Assembly: GCF_038871235.1 (NCBI RefSeq)
Contig: NZ_JAVZIN010000002.1
Span: 64,001-128,000 of the forward strand
Direction of reading: 5' to 3'
Length of the DNA: 64,000 nt
DNA from: Candidatus Hadarchaeum sp.
Lineage (GTDB): Archaea; Hadarchaeota; Hadarchaeia; Hadarchaeales; Hadarchaeaceae
Shown: positions 46,062-55,498 of the stretch, piece by piece
How the letters are laid out: each line of letters opens with the position of its first letter
Numbering within the stretch: position 1 is the first letter of the stretch
Made by a program: the position numbers and the translations under genes
The notes under the pieces: generated by a model
The model's database searches: none
The model's input: only the letters and a program-made list of their open reading frames with translations
What the model was told of the DNA's origin: nothing

Positions 46062-46592
46062 TCACGACCTTTCAACGATGTAACAACCGTCTTGGAAAAT
46101 CCTGCGATCCCTGTACTTCACAGAAGTTGCCTGCTCGATGTTAAAAGCTGTTTGTCCTACATCATCTTTGTTTATCCCCCTGACGATAATTTCATCACCA
46201 TTGACCTCCACCGAGACGTCGCCGACTATCTCCGCGACCCGAGGCGATTTCTCACCCAAAAAGTTATGAATAGTCACGCGTTTTCCCTCGACCTTCACCG
46301 TAATTGGAAAATGTGAATATACGGTGCGAAGTTTATAGACAAAACCTTCGGTGACCCCTTTGATCATGTTCATTAAATGTGCTTTAAAAACTCCAAGCGC
46401 GGCCTTGTCCCTGCGGCGCAAAGAGGAGATCGTCCCGATGATAACGCGGCCCTGAATCTTTATCTCTAGGCCTGGAAAATCAAATTCACGTGAGAGAGCT
46501 CCCTTTTTCCCGCTCACCTCGACTCTCTTGCCCTCGACCTTGACTTCCACGCCATCTGGTAATTCTATTTTCTCTTCCATTATCCGCGACAT
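46062..46592 (-). CDS. rpl6: 50S ribosomal protein L6 (uL6); start reassigned to 46592
   Basis: YSHFPI, NFLGEK and DRRIFQDG motifs; the longer track ORF overlaps rps8. Confidence 0.96.
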   Translation of the reverse strand: MSRIMEEKIELPDGVEVKVEGKRVEVSGKKGALSREFDFPGLEIKIQGRVIIGTISSLRRRDKAALGVFKAHLMNMIKGVTEGFVYKLRTVYSHFPITVKVEGKRVTIHNFLGEKSPRVAEIVGDVSVEVNGDEIIVRGINKDDVGQTAFNIEQATSVKYRDRRIFQDGCYIVERS

Positions 46593-46663
46593 ACTCAACC
46601 CTTTTTTTGTCCCGTCTACTCTCCGTTTTTCTCCATTAAAAGCGTGAGGTCGGCCCTGCGGGA

Positions 46664-47059
46664 TCAATAAACGTAGGCAATCAGCCTTCCGCCCAAACCC
46701 AGCTCCTTCGCCTTGGTATGGGCCATCACTCCCTTTGGTGTTGAAACAATAAGCAGCCCAAAACCGGCGGCTAAAAGATAGCGCTTTTCCCACTTCTCGT
46801 ACTCGGTCACCTTTGTCGCGAACCTCGGCTTTATCGCCCCGCACCTATTAATCTTCCCTTTCAACTCAACCCTAAACTTTCCAGACTTTCCATCATCGAT
46901 GAACTCAAAGGCGCCGATATAACCCTCATCCTGCATTATCTGGAAGACCTCCCGGATCAGTTTGGAAGCTGGGGCAATGACAACCTCTTTCTTTCTAGCC
47001 CGCTCATAATTGTTGACCTTTGAAAGGGCATTAGCTAATGGATCCAACAACATAAACAT
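46664..47059 (-). CDS. rps8: 30S ribosomal protein S8 (uS8)
   Basis: DPLANAL, GYIG.FEFIDDG and GGRLIAYVY motifs. Confidence 0.97.
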   Translation of the reverse strand: MFMLLDPLANALSKVNNYERARKKEVVIAPASKLIREVFQIMQDEGYIGAFEFIDDGKSGKFRVELKGKINRCGAIKPRFATKVTEYEKWEKRYLLAAGFGLLIVSTPKGVMAHTKAKELGLGGRLIAYVY

Positions 47060-47062
47060 GCC

Positions 47063-47209
47063 TCAGCTGTATTTGGTAAAACCGATCTTAGGAGCCAGCT
47101 CCCTGAAGCATCTCCGGCAGAGCCTTAGCCCATGTTGTTGATAAACATGACCATAGCTACCGCAGTGCATACACCTGTGAGCTCCCTTTCCAAACTTTTT
47201 CTTCGTCAT
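47063..47209 (-). CDS. rps14: 30S ribosomal protein S14 (uS14, zinc type), not in the ORF track
   Basis: Hand translation [48 protein letters not shown]; lies between rpl5 and rps8. Confidence 0.95.
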   Translation of the reverse strand: MTKKKFGKGAHRCMHCGSYGHVYQQHGLRLCRRCFRELAPKIGFTKYS

Positions 47210-47715
47210 TGTAACACCTCAACCCCAAAATTGGTAATCATGAAATTTATCGCTTCCTCCCTGGTGACTCGGTGACCTCTTGGAACGGGTCTCCGAAGTA
47301 GGTTTCTCCTTTTTATCCGGTATCCCGGTCGTTCCAGAGCTATCGAAACGTCCATGCCAAACATTCCGATCTCAGGGTCGTATGAAATCCCTGGAATATC
47401 GATGTGCTCCTTGATGCCGAAGGAAACATTACCGTTCTCATCAAATGAAGTTGCCTTAATCTTATTGTCCACCGCTTCGAGGAGCTTTTTTAATACCTTA
47501 ATGGCTCTCTCTCCACGCAGAGTAACCTTACAGCCTATTGGCTCCCCCTTCTTTATCCTCCAATCCCGCACCGACTTCCTAGCGTGGGTCCTCGCCGGCC
47601 TTTGGCCTGCAATCATCTCCAGCACCTTTTCTGCCTTGGCAAGCCTATCACCGCCCTCGCCGACACCGATGTTCAACACTACCTTTTCCACGCGGATCTG
47701 TCGCATTGGGTTCAT
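47206..47715 (-). CDS. rpl5: 50S ribosomal protein L5 (uL5)
   Basis: [14 protein letters not shown] and [11 protein letters not shown] motifs. Confidence 0.98.
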   Translation of the reverse strand: MNPMRQIRVEKVVLNIGVGEGGDRLAKAEKVLEMIAGQRPARTHARKSVRDWRIKKGEPIGCKVTLRGERAIKVLKKLLEAVDNKIKATSFDENGNVSFGIKEHIDIPGISYDPEIGMFGMDVSIALERPGYRIKRRNLLRRPVPRGHRVTREEAINFMITNFGVEVLQ

Positions 47716-48440
47716 CCACTCACCTGCAAACTAATAGCGGGCTTTTCCTTGCCCAACACAAAAATGTAGTGCTCTGGAGCTTGGAAGGTCAAACCACCAT
47801 CTTCCAGAGTAACTATATTCGGCTGAGTTCCGATGATTGTCTTTATTTCAGTAATTTTGCCAACCCTGCCCACGTTGCTACCAGCAGTAACCATCGCAAT
47901 GCTGCCAACTTCAAAAGGAAGCCGTTCTAAAATACTCTGCTCCGGCAATGATATTTTCACAACGTCCCCTGGTTTATAATCCAAGAAATCTCCCACCACA
48001 TTTCTGCCATCATGGAGGGTGAGCTGTATCTTTTTACCCCTCACATATTGCTTTCTGATGATTTTACATAATTTAAACGAGGCCTCGGATGAAAGCGTTT
48101 TAACGGGCACCAGCCGGCCCAAATGATCGAGCAAAATCCTGTAGTTGGTGTCAAGTGCTGGCAATCTAACTACATCCATAAAACCAACGGGAAAATCAGG
48201 AGAACGCCTGACCTTTCCATCGACAAATACTTCTCCCCTATTTATCACCCCGTCGGCCTCCCGCGCGGTTCTAGCTATCGAGAGATAATCCCGCAATAAA
48301 ATTCGAAGTGGTATCGCTCTATCCGCCGGATGCGGTCCGGGAGATGGCTTCATCGTCCAGACCACAGACTTACGAGGCAACTTCAATGACCGCGGTGCCG
48401 CGTAACGCTTTAAGTGCCTGCTGCTGCCTTTTTTAGCCAC
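47712..48440 (-). CDS. rps4e: 30S ribosomal protein S4e
   Basis: HLKRYAAP, PSPGPH, FPVGFMDV and LHDGRN motifs. Confidence 0.97.
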   Translation of the reverse strand: MAKKGSSRHLKRYAAPRSLKLPRKSVVWTMKPSPGPHPADRAIPLRILLRDYLSIARTAREADGVINRGEVFVDGKVRRSPDFPVGFMDVVRLPALDTNYRILLDHLGRLVPVKTLSSEASFKLCKIIRKQYVRGKKIQLTLHDGRNVVGDFLDYKPGDVVKISLPEQSILERLPFEVGSIAMVTAGSNVGRVGKITEIKTIIGTQPNIVTLEDGGLTFQAPEHYIFVLGKEKPAISLQVSG

Positions 48441-48795
48441 TCTCTGACCTCCCCGTTAACTTTCCTATGCGTTCTTTATCCTCAACTAGTTTCAACAGCA
48501 TAACGTTGGAGGGGTGGATTGGTCGGTTGACCTGCGAGCCATCGCTCTTAGTTATGGTAGCTCCCTGCACAGTAATCGTCTGCTTTTTGGGGTTTACCTC
48601 TAAGACCTCCCCTTCCAGTTTCTTAAAATCCCCTCGCAAAATCTTCACCCGGTCACCCTTTCTCACCGGAAGTGATTTGATTTTATATTTTTCACGCAAT
48701 TCTTTGCTGAGCCTCGCAGACATCAACTTGTTCCTCCTGTGTACCGGTGTTGAGTAAAGCCTCGCTCGTTGCTTTCTCGGCTGACGCGACACCAT
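48433..48795 (-). CDS. rpl24: 50S ribosomal protein L24 (uL24)
   Basis: SRQPRKQR, KOW motif, PIHPSNV. Confidence 0.97.
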   Translation of the reverse strand: MVSRQPRKQRARLYSTPVHRRNKLMSARLSKELREKYKIKSLPVRKGDRVKILRGDFKKLEGEVLEVNPKKQTITVQGATITKSDGSQVNRPIHPSNVMLLKLVEDKERIGKLTGRSESG

Positions 48796-48798
48796 AGC

Positions 48799-49224
48799 TC
48801 ACACCACTATTGAGGCTATTCCTGCTACTTTCGGCCATCTCTCGGCAGCTTCTCTAGCAATCGGCCCTTTAATCTCCGACCCTCTGGGTGCAGCCTCGGG
48901 AGTTATCAAGACTGCAGCGTTGTCCTCAAACATTACCCGCATACCATCAAGACGCCGGTACTCCTTTCTCTGCCGCACCACCACCGCTTGGACCAATTGC
49001 TTTCTGAGTTCCGGCGTGCCTCTTTTCACCGAGGCCACTATCCTATCACCTACGCCGGCTTTACCCATCGCCCGGCGCCTTCCCTTGTACCCCATGACAC
49101 TTACTATCTGGATCTCCCGAGCCCCAGTGTTGTCGGTGACTACCAGTCTAGCCCCAACTGGAAGCACGCGAACCGGAGTAACCGCGCTCACGCCTATTGC
49201 TGTTCCCGCTCCCTTCTTTCCCAT
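48799..49224 (-). CDS. rpl14: 50S ribosomal protein L14 (uL14)
   Basis: DNTGA, FEDNAAV and [10 protein letters not shown] motifs. Confidence 0.97.
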   Translation of the reverse strand: MGKKGAGTAIGVSAVTPVRVLPVGARLVVTDNTGAREIQIVSVMGYKGRRRAMGKAGVGDRIVASVKRGTPELRKQLVQAVVVRQRKEYRRLDGMRVMFEDNAAVLITPEAAPRGSEIKGPIAREAAERWPKVAGIASIVV

Positions 49225-49228
49225 GACA

Positions 49229-49552
49229 TCACCCTAACTTCTGAACGACCACAAAGGCCTTCGTCTTACTTAGTCTTCTGCACTCCATTATCTTTACCCT
49301 GTCCCCCAACTTCGCTGAGATGCAAGGTGGATTGTGGGCATGATATTTTGAGGTCCTCCTTTCATATCTTTCATACTTAGCTATTCTATGCATGCGTTCA
49401 AGCTCAACCGTAACCGTCCGGGTCATCTTATCGCTGACGACGATTCCCTCCAGTGCCTTTCCTCTGACCGAAAGTTTGCCATGAAAAGGACACTTAGGGT
49501 CAGAACACTTCTCCTTGGGTGGTTCAATTCCCATTCCAACCATCAGTATCAC
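49229..49552 (-). CDS. rps17: 30S ribosomal protein S17 (uS17)
   Basis: [17 protein letters not shown] and ECRRLSKTK motifs. Confidence 0.97.
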   Translation of the reverse strand: MILMVGMGIEPPKEKCSDPKCPFHGKLSVRGKALEGIVVSDKMTRTVTVELERMHRIAKYERYERRTSKYHAHNPPCISAKLGDRVKIMECRRLSKTKAFVVVQKLG

Positions 49553-49821
49553 CTCTTCCGCCTAACTCTTTCCTCGGGCCGCCCGACCAGCCTCCTACCT
49601 TCTATTACCACAGTCTGACCATCAGGCAGTTTTATCTCGAATGATGAGCCAGATTTTGGCACTATTTTCGCGGCTGACATGTGTTCAATCACCAGCATAT
49701 CCCGTGTTTCATCCAGAATCTTGCCGTAGACGCCCAAAAGATTAGGATCAGAACTGCTCACGACCTGCGCCTCGAGCCCAATAAGCTCGTGCTGCAATAT
49801 GTTTCTTTTAGTCAACGGCAT
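49549..49821 (-). CDS. rnp1: Ribonuclease P protein component 1 (Rpp29/Pop4); start reassigned to 49821
   Basis: HELIGL, G.ILDETR.ML and LVGRPEER motifs. Confidence 0.94.
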   Translation of the reverse strand: MPLTKRNILQHELIGLEAQVVSSSDPNLLGVYGKILDETRDMLVIEHMSAAKIVPKSGSSFEIKLPDGQTVVIEGRRLVGRPEERVRRKR

Positions 49822-49829
49822 AACGCCAC

Positions 49830-50138
49830 CTATCTCATGTTTATCATCTCGGGGGTGAACCCAAGACTCACGAGCACTTCCTTTACTCGCTGTTCGTGGT
49901 GCCCCTGTAGCTCTATGCGCCCATCCTTCCAAGTTCCACCGCAGGCAAGCTCGGATTTCAGTTTCTTAGTCAGGTCTTTGATGCTGACTTGTTTGTCATC
50001 GAGACCTTCTATGACCGTGACGACCTTGCCGAACTTTCGCTTGATGACATATACGTTTATCCGTTGCTGCTCTCGAGCTATCTCTTCGCAGACGCAGAGT
50101 TCCTTGGGCAGACCACAAACTTTACATATCTCTTGCAG
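49830..50138 (-). CDS. Translation initiation factor aIF1 (SUI1/YciH) with apparent CUG start, not in the ORF track
   Basis: Hand translation (L/M)QEICKVCGLPKELCVCEEIAREQQ...KRKFGKVVTVIEG...LKSELACGGT...IELQGHH; 102 aa; usual position between rpl29 and rnp1. Confidence 0.92.
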   Translation of the reverse strand: MQEICKVCGLPKELCVCEEIAREQQRINVYVIKRKFGKVVTVIEGLDDKQVSIKDLTKKLKSELACGGTWKDGRIELQGHHEQRVKEVLVSLGFTPEMINMR

Positions 50139-50141
50139 TGC

Positions 50142-50351
50142 TCATCCACCTCCTCGCTGTTTTTCCCTTATAATAGTGAGTATTCTGGCTATCGCCCGCT
50201 TGAGTTCCCGGATTTTCGCCGGATTTTCCAGCGAGCCGCCCGCAGCCGCTGTAGCCCTAGCTCTGGCCAGCTCTGATCTCAGCTCCTTCAATTTCTGCAC
50301 CATCTCATCAAAATTCATTGACCTTATTTCCTCAGGCCTGAGCGTCGCCAT
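50142..50351 (-). CDS. rpl29: 50S ribosomal protein L29 (uL29)
   Basis: LRPEEIR and NPAKIRELKRAIARILT motifs. Confidence 0.96.
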   Translation of the reverse strand: MATLRPEEIRSMNFDEMVQKLKELRSELARARATAAAGGSLENPAKIRELKRAIARILTIIREKQRGGG

Positions 50352-51027
50352 CGCCAACACCCTCCTCAGGGGCCTTCTTGACCTTAGTTTCCTCGACCTT
50401 TTCACCAGCTGGCTGTTTTTCGGTCCCGGTCGTTTCTTCCGCGATCTTTATCTCTCCCGGCAAGGGGACATCCGGGGGCATTATGCTCACCTTTATACCC
50501 ACGATGCCGGGCTTCAATTTTGCCACCGCTTTTCCGTGGCTGACCAGTTTCTGAGCCGGCTCTCCAGCCTTGCTCAAATATCCCTCATAAAATCGCATGC
50601 TCCTCGACCGCTCTCCGGCAATCCTGCCGGAAATCACTATCTCCACTCCTCTGGCTCCAGCTCCCATTATCGTCCTAACCATGCTCTGACCGACTCTACG
50701 AACGCTCAAGCCACGCTCCAAAGCGAAGGCGATGTGCTTGGCCATAATCGGTCCCGACAGCTCTGGCTTAGGTATTTCCACAACCTCAACCTGTGGTTTT
50801 TCGAGGCCGAACTTTTGTTCCAAATCGTCGGTCAGCTGCTTGATGCTCTTACCCTTCTTGCCGATCACCATTCCCGGCCTCTCTACATAAATAGTAACTC
50901 TGGTACCCGTGAGAACTCTTTTTATATCCACGCCGCCGTATCCGGCCTTCGAAAGCTCGTTCTGAAGATAGGTTTCTAGCTGAACTCGTTTGATTCCCTG
51001 CTTGATGAAGTGTTTTTCTACTGGCAT
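50332..51027 (-). CDS. rps3: 30S ribosomal protein S3 (uS3)
   Basis: RPGMVIGKKG KH motif, GARGVEIVISG. Confidence 0.97.
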   Translation of the reverse strand: MPVEKHFIKQGIKRVQLETYLQNELSKAGYGGVDIKRVLTGTRVTIYVERPGMVIGKKGKSIKQLTDDLEQKFGLEKPQVEVVEIPKPELSGPIMAKHIAFALERGLSVRRVGQSMVRTIMGAGARGVEIVISGRIAGERSRSMRFYEGYLSKAGEPAQKLVSHGKAVAKLKPGIVGIKVSIMPPDVPLPGEIKIAEETTGTEKQPAGEKVEETKVKKAPEEGVGDGDAQA

Positions 51028-51031
51028 TTCC

Positions 51032-51475
51032 TCACCCTTTCAGAATTATTTCAATGTTTGTCAGTGGTGATATCGCCGGTGATGAGCGGCCAAAAGCACG
51101 CGGCAAGAAACCGGGAATAGCTGTCCCCTTGTAGGCAGCGGCGTGAACCACTTTAAGTTTTTCCACATCCAGTCCCTTGTAAATCGCGTTGGCCTCCGCG
51201 TTCTTCAGCACCTTCAGGATCTCTCTCGCCGCTTTCACCGGATACTGACCGCTGCCCTTGGGACCACGATGGGCAACCTTTTTTCTGTGCCGCAAAATAG
51301 GCACTGCTTTTTTCTTCTGCTGAACGGCTTCAAGATATTCTTTGGCGGCGCTCAGACTCATCCCCCTTATAGCTCTGCAGACCTCCATGGCCTGCTTGGG
51401 AGAGATCCTCCTCTCCTTACCCAAAGCCCTTGCCACTGGTTCCTCAATTTCAGCAGAGTAACCGAACTTAGGCAT
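51032..51475 (-). CDS. rpl22: 50S ribosomal protein L22 (uL22)
   Basis: ISPKQAMEVC, YPVKAA, NAEANA and PRAFGR motifs. Confidence 0.97.
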   Translation of the reverse strand: MPKFGYSAEIEEPVARALGKERRISPKQAMEVCRAIRGMSLSAAKEYLEAVQQKKKAVPILRHRKKVAHRGPKGSGQYPVKAAREILKVLKNAEANAIYKGLDVEKLKVVHAAAYKGTAIPGFLPRAFGRSSPAISPLTNIEIILKG

Positions 51476-51480
51476 TACCA

Positions 51481-51876
51481 TCACTTCAGCGGGACGTACA
51501 TGGAGCTTCTGGTAGCGCCGATACCAGGAGTTCCATGAATGACTCTCTTTCTCGTTAGCGCAAATTCCCCAAGACGGTGGCCAATCATCTCCGGCTTAAT
51601 TTCTACTACTAAAAACTCCTTACCATTATGAACTGCAAACTTTAGCCCTACCATCTCCGGAATTATCACCATATCTCGACAGTGTGTCCTGATGGGGGCA
51701 TCATTACCTGAAGCCCTAGCTTTCCTGATTTTTTCTATTAATTTTTTCTGTTTCGGTGTGAACCCTCTCAACAATGATCTCCGCTGACGAGACGGTAAAA
51801 GCATGGCAAAATCATCTAAAGGTAACTTCTGGAGTTCTTCTAACGTATAACCACGATAAGTGAATTTCTTCGGCAT
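51481..51876 (-). CDS. rps19: 30S ribosomal protein S19 (uS19)
   Basis: RTHCRDM, GHRLGEF and GATRSS motifs. Confidence 0.98.
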   Translation of the reverse strand: MPKKFTYRGYTLEELQKLPLDDFAMLLPSRQRRSLLRGFTPKQKKLIEKIRKARASGNDAPIRTHCRDMVIIPEMVGLKFAVHNGKEFLVVEIKPEMIGHRLGEFALTRKRVIHGTPGIGATRSSMYVPLK

Positions 51877-51880
51877 GCCC

Positions 51881-52588
51881 TCACCTCTTGCCTGTTCTCC
51901 TAGCCGCTATTAACCCTACTTTCTGACCAGGCGGAGCTCCACGTGCCACCGTTTTCGGTCTTCCGGCATTTTTACCCCTTCCACCACCGAAGGGGTGATC
52001 TACCACGTTCATAGCCACCGCACGAGTCCGTGGATAATGCTTGCCCTTTGCGATCATGATGTGATGCCGTTTGCCTGCTTTAACTAACGGTTTTTCCAAG
52101 CGTCCTCCGCCCGCCACCACTCCCACCGTTGCACGACACCTAGGATCCATTTCCTTTATCTCCCCCGAGGGAAGTTGAACGCTAACACGATCTCCCTCGT
52201 GTCCGATCACCACCGCGTAAGAACCTGCCGCCCTTACTAATTTTCCACCATCTCCTGGTTTGGTCTCTATATTGAAGACAGGCGTGCCTTCTGGTATTTC
52301 AGATAAAGTTAGAACATTTCCCGGCTTTGCTTCACCAGCAGTTCCGATCATAATTCGGTCACCAACTTTGAGTCCTTCGGGAGCCAGCATCAGATGTTCT
52401 TGCCCATCCTCACATCTAATCATCGCTACAGGCGCATTTCTGCCACGATCGTGAAGTATATCCACTACCACTGCTTCGCCTGTTTTCTGTGGAGAAGGTA
52501 GCTCTATCTTTCCCAGCCTCCTCCAACTCTTTGCCCGGTAGGTCGGAGAACCGTCGCCTATCCTTTGTGCTCTTAAGCGCTTACCCAT
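51881..52588 (-). CDS. rpl2: 50S ribosomal protein L2 (uL2)
   Basis: [23 protein letters not shown] and GLIAARRTG motifs. Confidence 0.98.
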   Translation of the reverse strand: MGKRLRAQRIGDGSPTYRAKSWRRLGKIELPSPQKTGEAVVVDILHDRGRNAPVAMIRCEDGQEHLMLAPEGLKVGDRIMIGTAGEAKPGNVLTLSEIPEGTPVFNIETKPGDGGKLVRAAGSYAVVIGHEGDRVSVQLPSGEIKEMDPRCRATVGVVAGGGRLEKPLVKAGKRHHIMIAKGKHYPRTRAVAMNVVDHPFGGGRGKNAGRPKTVARGAPPGQKVGLIAARRTGKR

Positions 52589-52851
52589 CAGATCATCCCC
52601 AGCTTAGCTGCTATTTCATCAGCCATAAACTCAGGAGCTAGCTTTACATAAGCACGCTTTTTCCCGTCAGGGGTTATTTCGGTTGATACTTTTTTCACTT
52701 TGACTTCAAAAAGCGTCTCTACAGCTCTTTTGATATCTGCCTTGCTTGCGGCATTATCAACTACGAAAATCAACTTATTTTCGGACTCCATCATTTTCAC
52801 CGATTTCTCGGTGGCGAGGGGATAGAGAATTACTGAGTGCGGATCTTTCAT
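52588..52851 (-). CDS. rpl23: 50S ribosomal protein L23 (uL23); start reassigned to 52851
   Basis: P..TEK, NKLIFVV and GKKRAYVKL motifs. Confidence 0.96.
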   Translation of the reverse strand: MKDPHSVILYPLATEKSVKMMESENKLIFVVDNAASKADIKRAVETLFEVKVKKVSTEITPDGKKRAYVKLAPEFMADEIAAKLGMI

Positions 52852-53630
52852 GAGTACAATCCCTCCGCAAGTTTCTGAATGGCAGAGGTACTCCAAACAG
52901 ATACTCTGCCCGGTACCCCTCCCGGTGCTAGAACCTCGGCATTCAGTTCGTTGACTTTGGCCACGCTCACCCCAGGGAGATTTCTGGCCCCCAACTTTAT
53001 CCCTTTGTCTTGAGCTATCACTATTAAAGGTCCGACTGCTTTCTTATACCTCCGGCCTCTCATCTTACCAACGCCTGCTCGGATGCGTATTCCCTTAGAG
53101 GTTCTTTCTAGCTCCTTATCCAACCCTAACTTCACCAAAGTTGCCCTTATATCTGCAGTTTTTCTCAGACTTTCTATCTCATCGGTAACGACAATAGGAA
53201 GTGCTGGAACATTTTCAATCAAATGGCCCCTTGCAGCGGCTAATTTCTTATCCTTTAACGCGGCAATAGCTGATCTTATGGCCAACCGTCGTTCCTTTTT
53301 ATTTATTCTCTCTAAAATTATCTTCTCGACCTTAGGAGGATGAGCTCTCCTACCGCCGACCGCATGTGGCGCAAAAGCACCCATTCCTGCTGCTGGATGC
53401 TTGGTGCCTTTGACTCTTCTAATTCTAGAAACACCAAATCCCTTCCCCCATGTTTCGGCCGATGTTCTCTTCCCCGCCATAGGATCCGATCCCCACGGTT
53501 GAATTCTGGCCGACTGTGCAGCCAGCACGGCCCGTCTTATCACGTCTGGCCGGATCTCAGTCTCAAAGATTTCCGGAAGTTCTATTTCCTCTACTGGCTT
53601 AGCATCAAGGGAAAAAACAGGAACCTTCAT
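52848..53630 (-). CDS. rpl4: 50S ribosomal protein L4 (uL4)
   Basis: [18 protein letters not shown] and [11 protein letters not shown] motifs. Confidence 0.97.
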   Translation of the reverse strand: MKVPVFSLDAKPVEEIELPEIFETEIRPDVIRRAVLAAQSARIQPWGSDPMAGKRTSAETWGKGFGVSRIRRVKGTKHPAAGMGAFAPHAVGGRRAHPPKVEKIILERINKKERRLAIRSAIAALKDKKLAAARGHLIENVPALPIVVTDEIESLRKTADIRATLVKLGLDKELERTSKGIRIRAGVGKMRGRRYKKAVGPLIVIAQDKGIKLGARNLPGVSVAKVNELNAEVLAPGGVPGRVSVWSTSAIQKLAEGLYS

Positions 53631-53632
53631 AA

Positions 53633-54643
53633 TCACGCCCCCTGTTGGGAAGCGGTGCTTATATAGGTAATAGAGGGCACCGTAGTCGCGACTTTATGAT
53701 GTAATCTTATCGGGCGTCTCAATTGAATTAATCGTTTGGTAGGTCCAGGAACCGAACCGGCAAGGACGATATAATCTCCTCTGATCGGTCCATAACGGAG
53801 GAAGCCCCCACTCGGCGTGACCTCCTTACCATCGTTTCCTATCTTCAAAATTCTCTTGTTGAACTCGGTGCGCTGGTGGTATCCCATCTGGCCTGCCGCT
53901 GGAACTGTCCACAGAATTCTGGGCGGAGACCATGGGCCGAGGGTACCGACCTGTCTTCGTCCCTCCTCGCTCTTTCGTGGCAAAATCTTGACGCCCCATC
54001 TTTTAACCGGACCTTGGAACCCTTTGCCCTTTGTGATCGCCAGAACATCGACGAACTCGCCCTCCTTAAAAACATCCGTCGGGCGAACCTGTTTGCCCAG
54101 TAAACCCTTGGCATAGTTCCAGCGCTCCTCAATGGAGCTGCCGCTGACACGGATCTCCACTAAATCCGGCTTTTTCTTTGGCACACCGGTGACTCTGGGT
54201 TGGGTACAGGCTAAAACGCGGATCTCATTAACTTTACCAGCCTTAACCAATGCCTCGGCCTCTGCAAGGTCTTTTTGAACATCGTATTTTTTGGGCTTTC
54301 GAATCAGGCGATAGAGGTCCTTAGGAACCTCACCTGACCAGACTTCATCCACAGCCTTTAGTCCCTTAGAGCCTTCTCGATAGAGCCTAATCGCACAGAC
54401 AATCATCGGCGGTGCCTCGATCACGGTGGCCGGAACACAAATCTCCTGTCCCTTAGTCATGGACCCCTTGTGATCATCGATCATGAAGAGGCTTACCATC
54501 CCGGCCTTATAACCTGCAAATCCCTGTAAACCCAACCTAGCTTCCGCTGGCCAAGCCCTCACATGAGCCACGGGGCTCTTGGCCCTTACCCTTGGCATAT
54601 AGGCCAATGATCCCCGTCTAGGATGATGTGCCCGCTTTCCCAT
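53633..54643 (-). CDS. rpl3: 50S ribosomal protein L3 (uL3)
   Basis: HPRRGSL, FAGYKAGM, TKGKGFQG and GQMGYHQRTE motifs. Confidence 0.98.
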   Translation of the reverse strand: MGKRAHHPRRGSLAYMPRVRAKSPVAHVRAWPAEARLGLQGFAGYKAGMVSLFMIDDHKGSMTKGQEICVPATVIEAPPMIVCAIRLYREGSKGLKAVDEVWSGEVPKDLYRLIRKPKKYDVQKDLAEAEALVKAGKVNEIRVLACTQPRVTGVPKKKPDLVEIRVSGSSIEERWNYAKGLLGKQVRPTDVFKEGEFVDVLAITKGKGFQGPVKRWGVKILPRKSEEGRRQVGTLGPWSPPRILWTVPAAGQMGYHQRTEFNKRILKIGNDGKEVTPSGGFLRYGPIRGDYIVLAGSVPGPTKRLIQLRRPIRLHHKVATTVPSITYISTASQQGA

Positions 54644-54646
54644 TTT

Positions 54647-55498
54647 CTATCCCTCTATGAGCGCATTCAGCAGCGAGAGCGTGGCGATGAGTGCCTCCTC
54701 GGTCCGAACCGTGGCCGTGCCTTGGTTTGGTACTGCGTTCACAATGACGTCGAACAGAGCCGAGGCTTCGACGCCCTGTCGCCGGCATATCTCGAAGAGC
54801 CCAGCATAAGGCCCCCCGAAAGCCACCGCCATACTGCGAGGTTTGCTACTCTTTATCGCCTGCACGGTCTCATATAAATTTTGCCCTCGCCTCGATGTAC
54901 CAATGTAGTAATCGGATTTAACTGCTTTTAAGCCCTCCGCGAGGCTTTTGGCGCGTGAAATTTTGAAACCCCAATACTCATGAATCTCCTCACGAGGGAC
55001 CGGTGTCACTTGGACGAAATCCCCCTCTCGATTACCAAGTCTCACCGTCAACCGCTGCTTCAGGGGCAACTCTCCATGGTAGATTCCCTTCATCGGCAGA
55101 CCTATTTCCAAAACGCTTTTTTTTCCCGACTCAATGACGACTCCATCGCGATAGTCTCCCTTTTGATTCCTCTCACCCTGGAGCGGATGATTCGGTGTTC
55201 GCAGCGGAGAAAGCAAACCGGCATATCTAAGTTCACCAGTATGGGGGAAAAGGAGCTTGCGCAAATACTGCGGAGTTTCAAGATAACTCAATAAGGTCTC
55301 AATCGTCTTGGCTTGGATCTCTTGGTCACGGACATTGGGATCATCGTCATTGTAGATACATACCCTGACAACGCGGAAGATTGCCAGTGCCCGCCCCACT
55401 ATGCCTACTTTAAAAGTCACCTGTTGAAGGTCTGAGGAATCAGCCACCAAAGAAGCTGGTAATAAGACTGAAATTTCTGGGTTAGAAAGCATTATCAA
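54647..55498 (-). CDS. SPOUT-class RNA methyltransferase (DUF171/SPOUT1-like)
   Basis: YLETPQYLRK, AGLLSPL.TP.H and PNQGTATVRTEEA motifs; usual position before rpl3. Confidence 0.92.
   Translation of the reverse strand: MIMLSNPEISVLLPASLVADSSDLQQVTFKVGIVGRALAIFRVVRVCIYNDDDPNVRDQEIQAKTIETLLSYLETPQYLRKLLFPHTGELRYAGLLSPLRTPNHPLQGERNQKGDYRDGVVIESGKKSVLEIGLPMKGIYHGELPLKQRLTVRLGNREGDFVQVTPVPREEIHEYWGFKISRAKSLAEGLKAVKSDYYIGTSRRGQNLYETVQAIKSSKPRSMAVAFGGPYAGLFEICRRQGVEASALFDVIVNAVPNQGTATVRTEEALIATLSLLNALIEG

Noticed and set aside
46593-46844. 84-aa N-terminal extension of L6 in the ORF track
   Set aside because: Overlaps rps8 in another frame; L6 similarity starts at 46592.
49822-49932. N-terminal extension of Rpp29 in the ORF track
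   Set aside because: Overlaps the aIF1 3' end; the SD-preceded ATG is at 49821.
49681-50979. 432-aa plus-strand ORF
   Set aside because: Antisense shadow of rps3, rpl29, aIF1 and rnp1 with no recognisable motifs.
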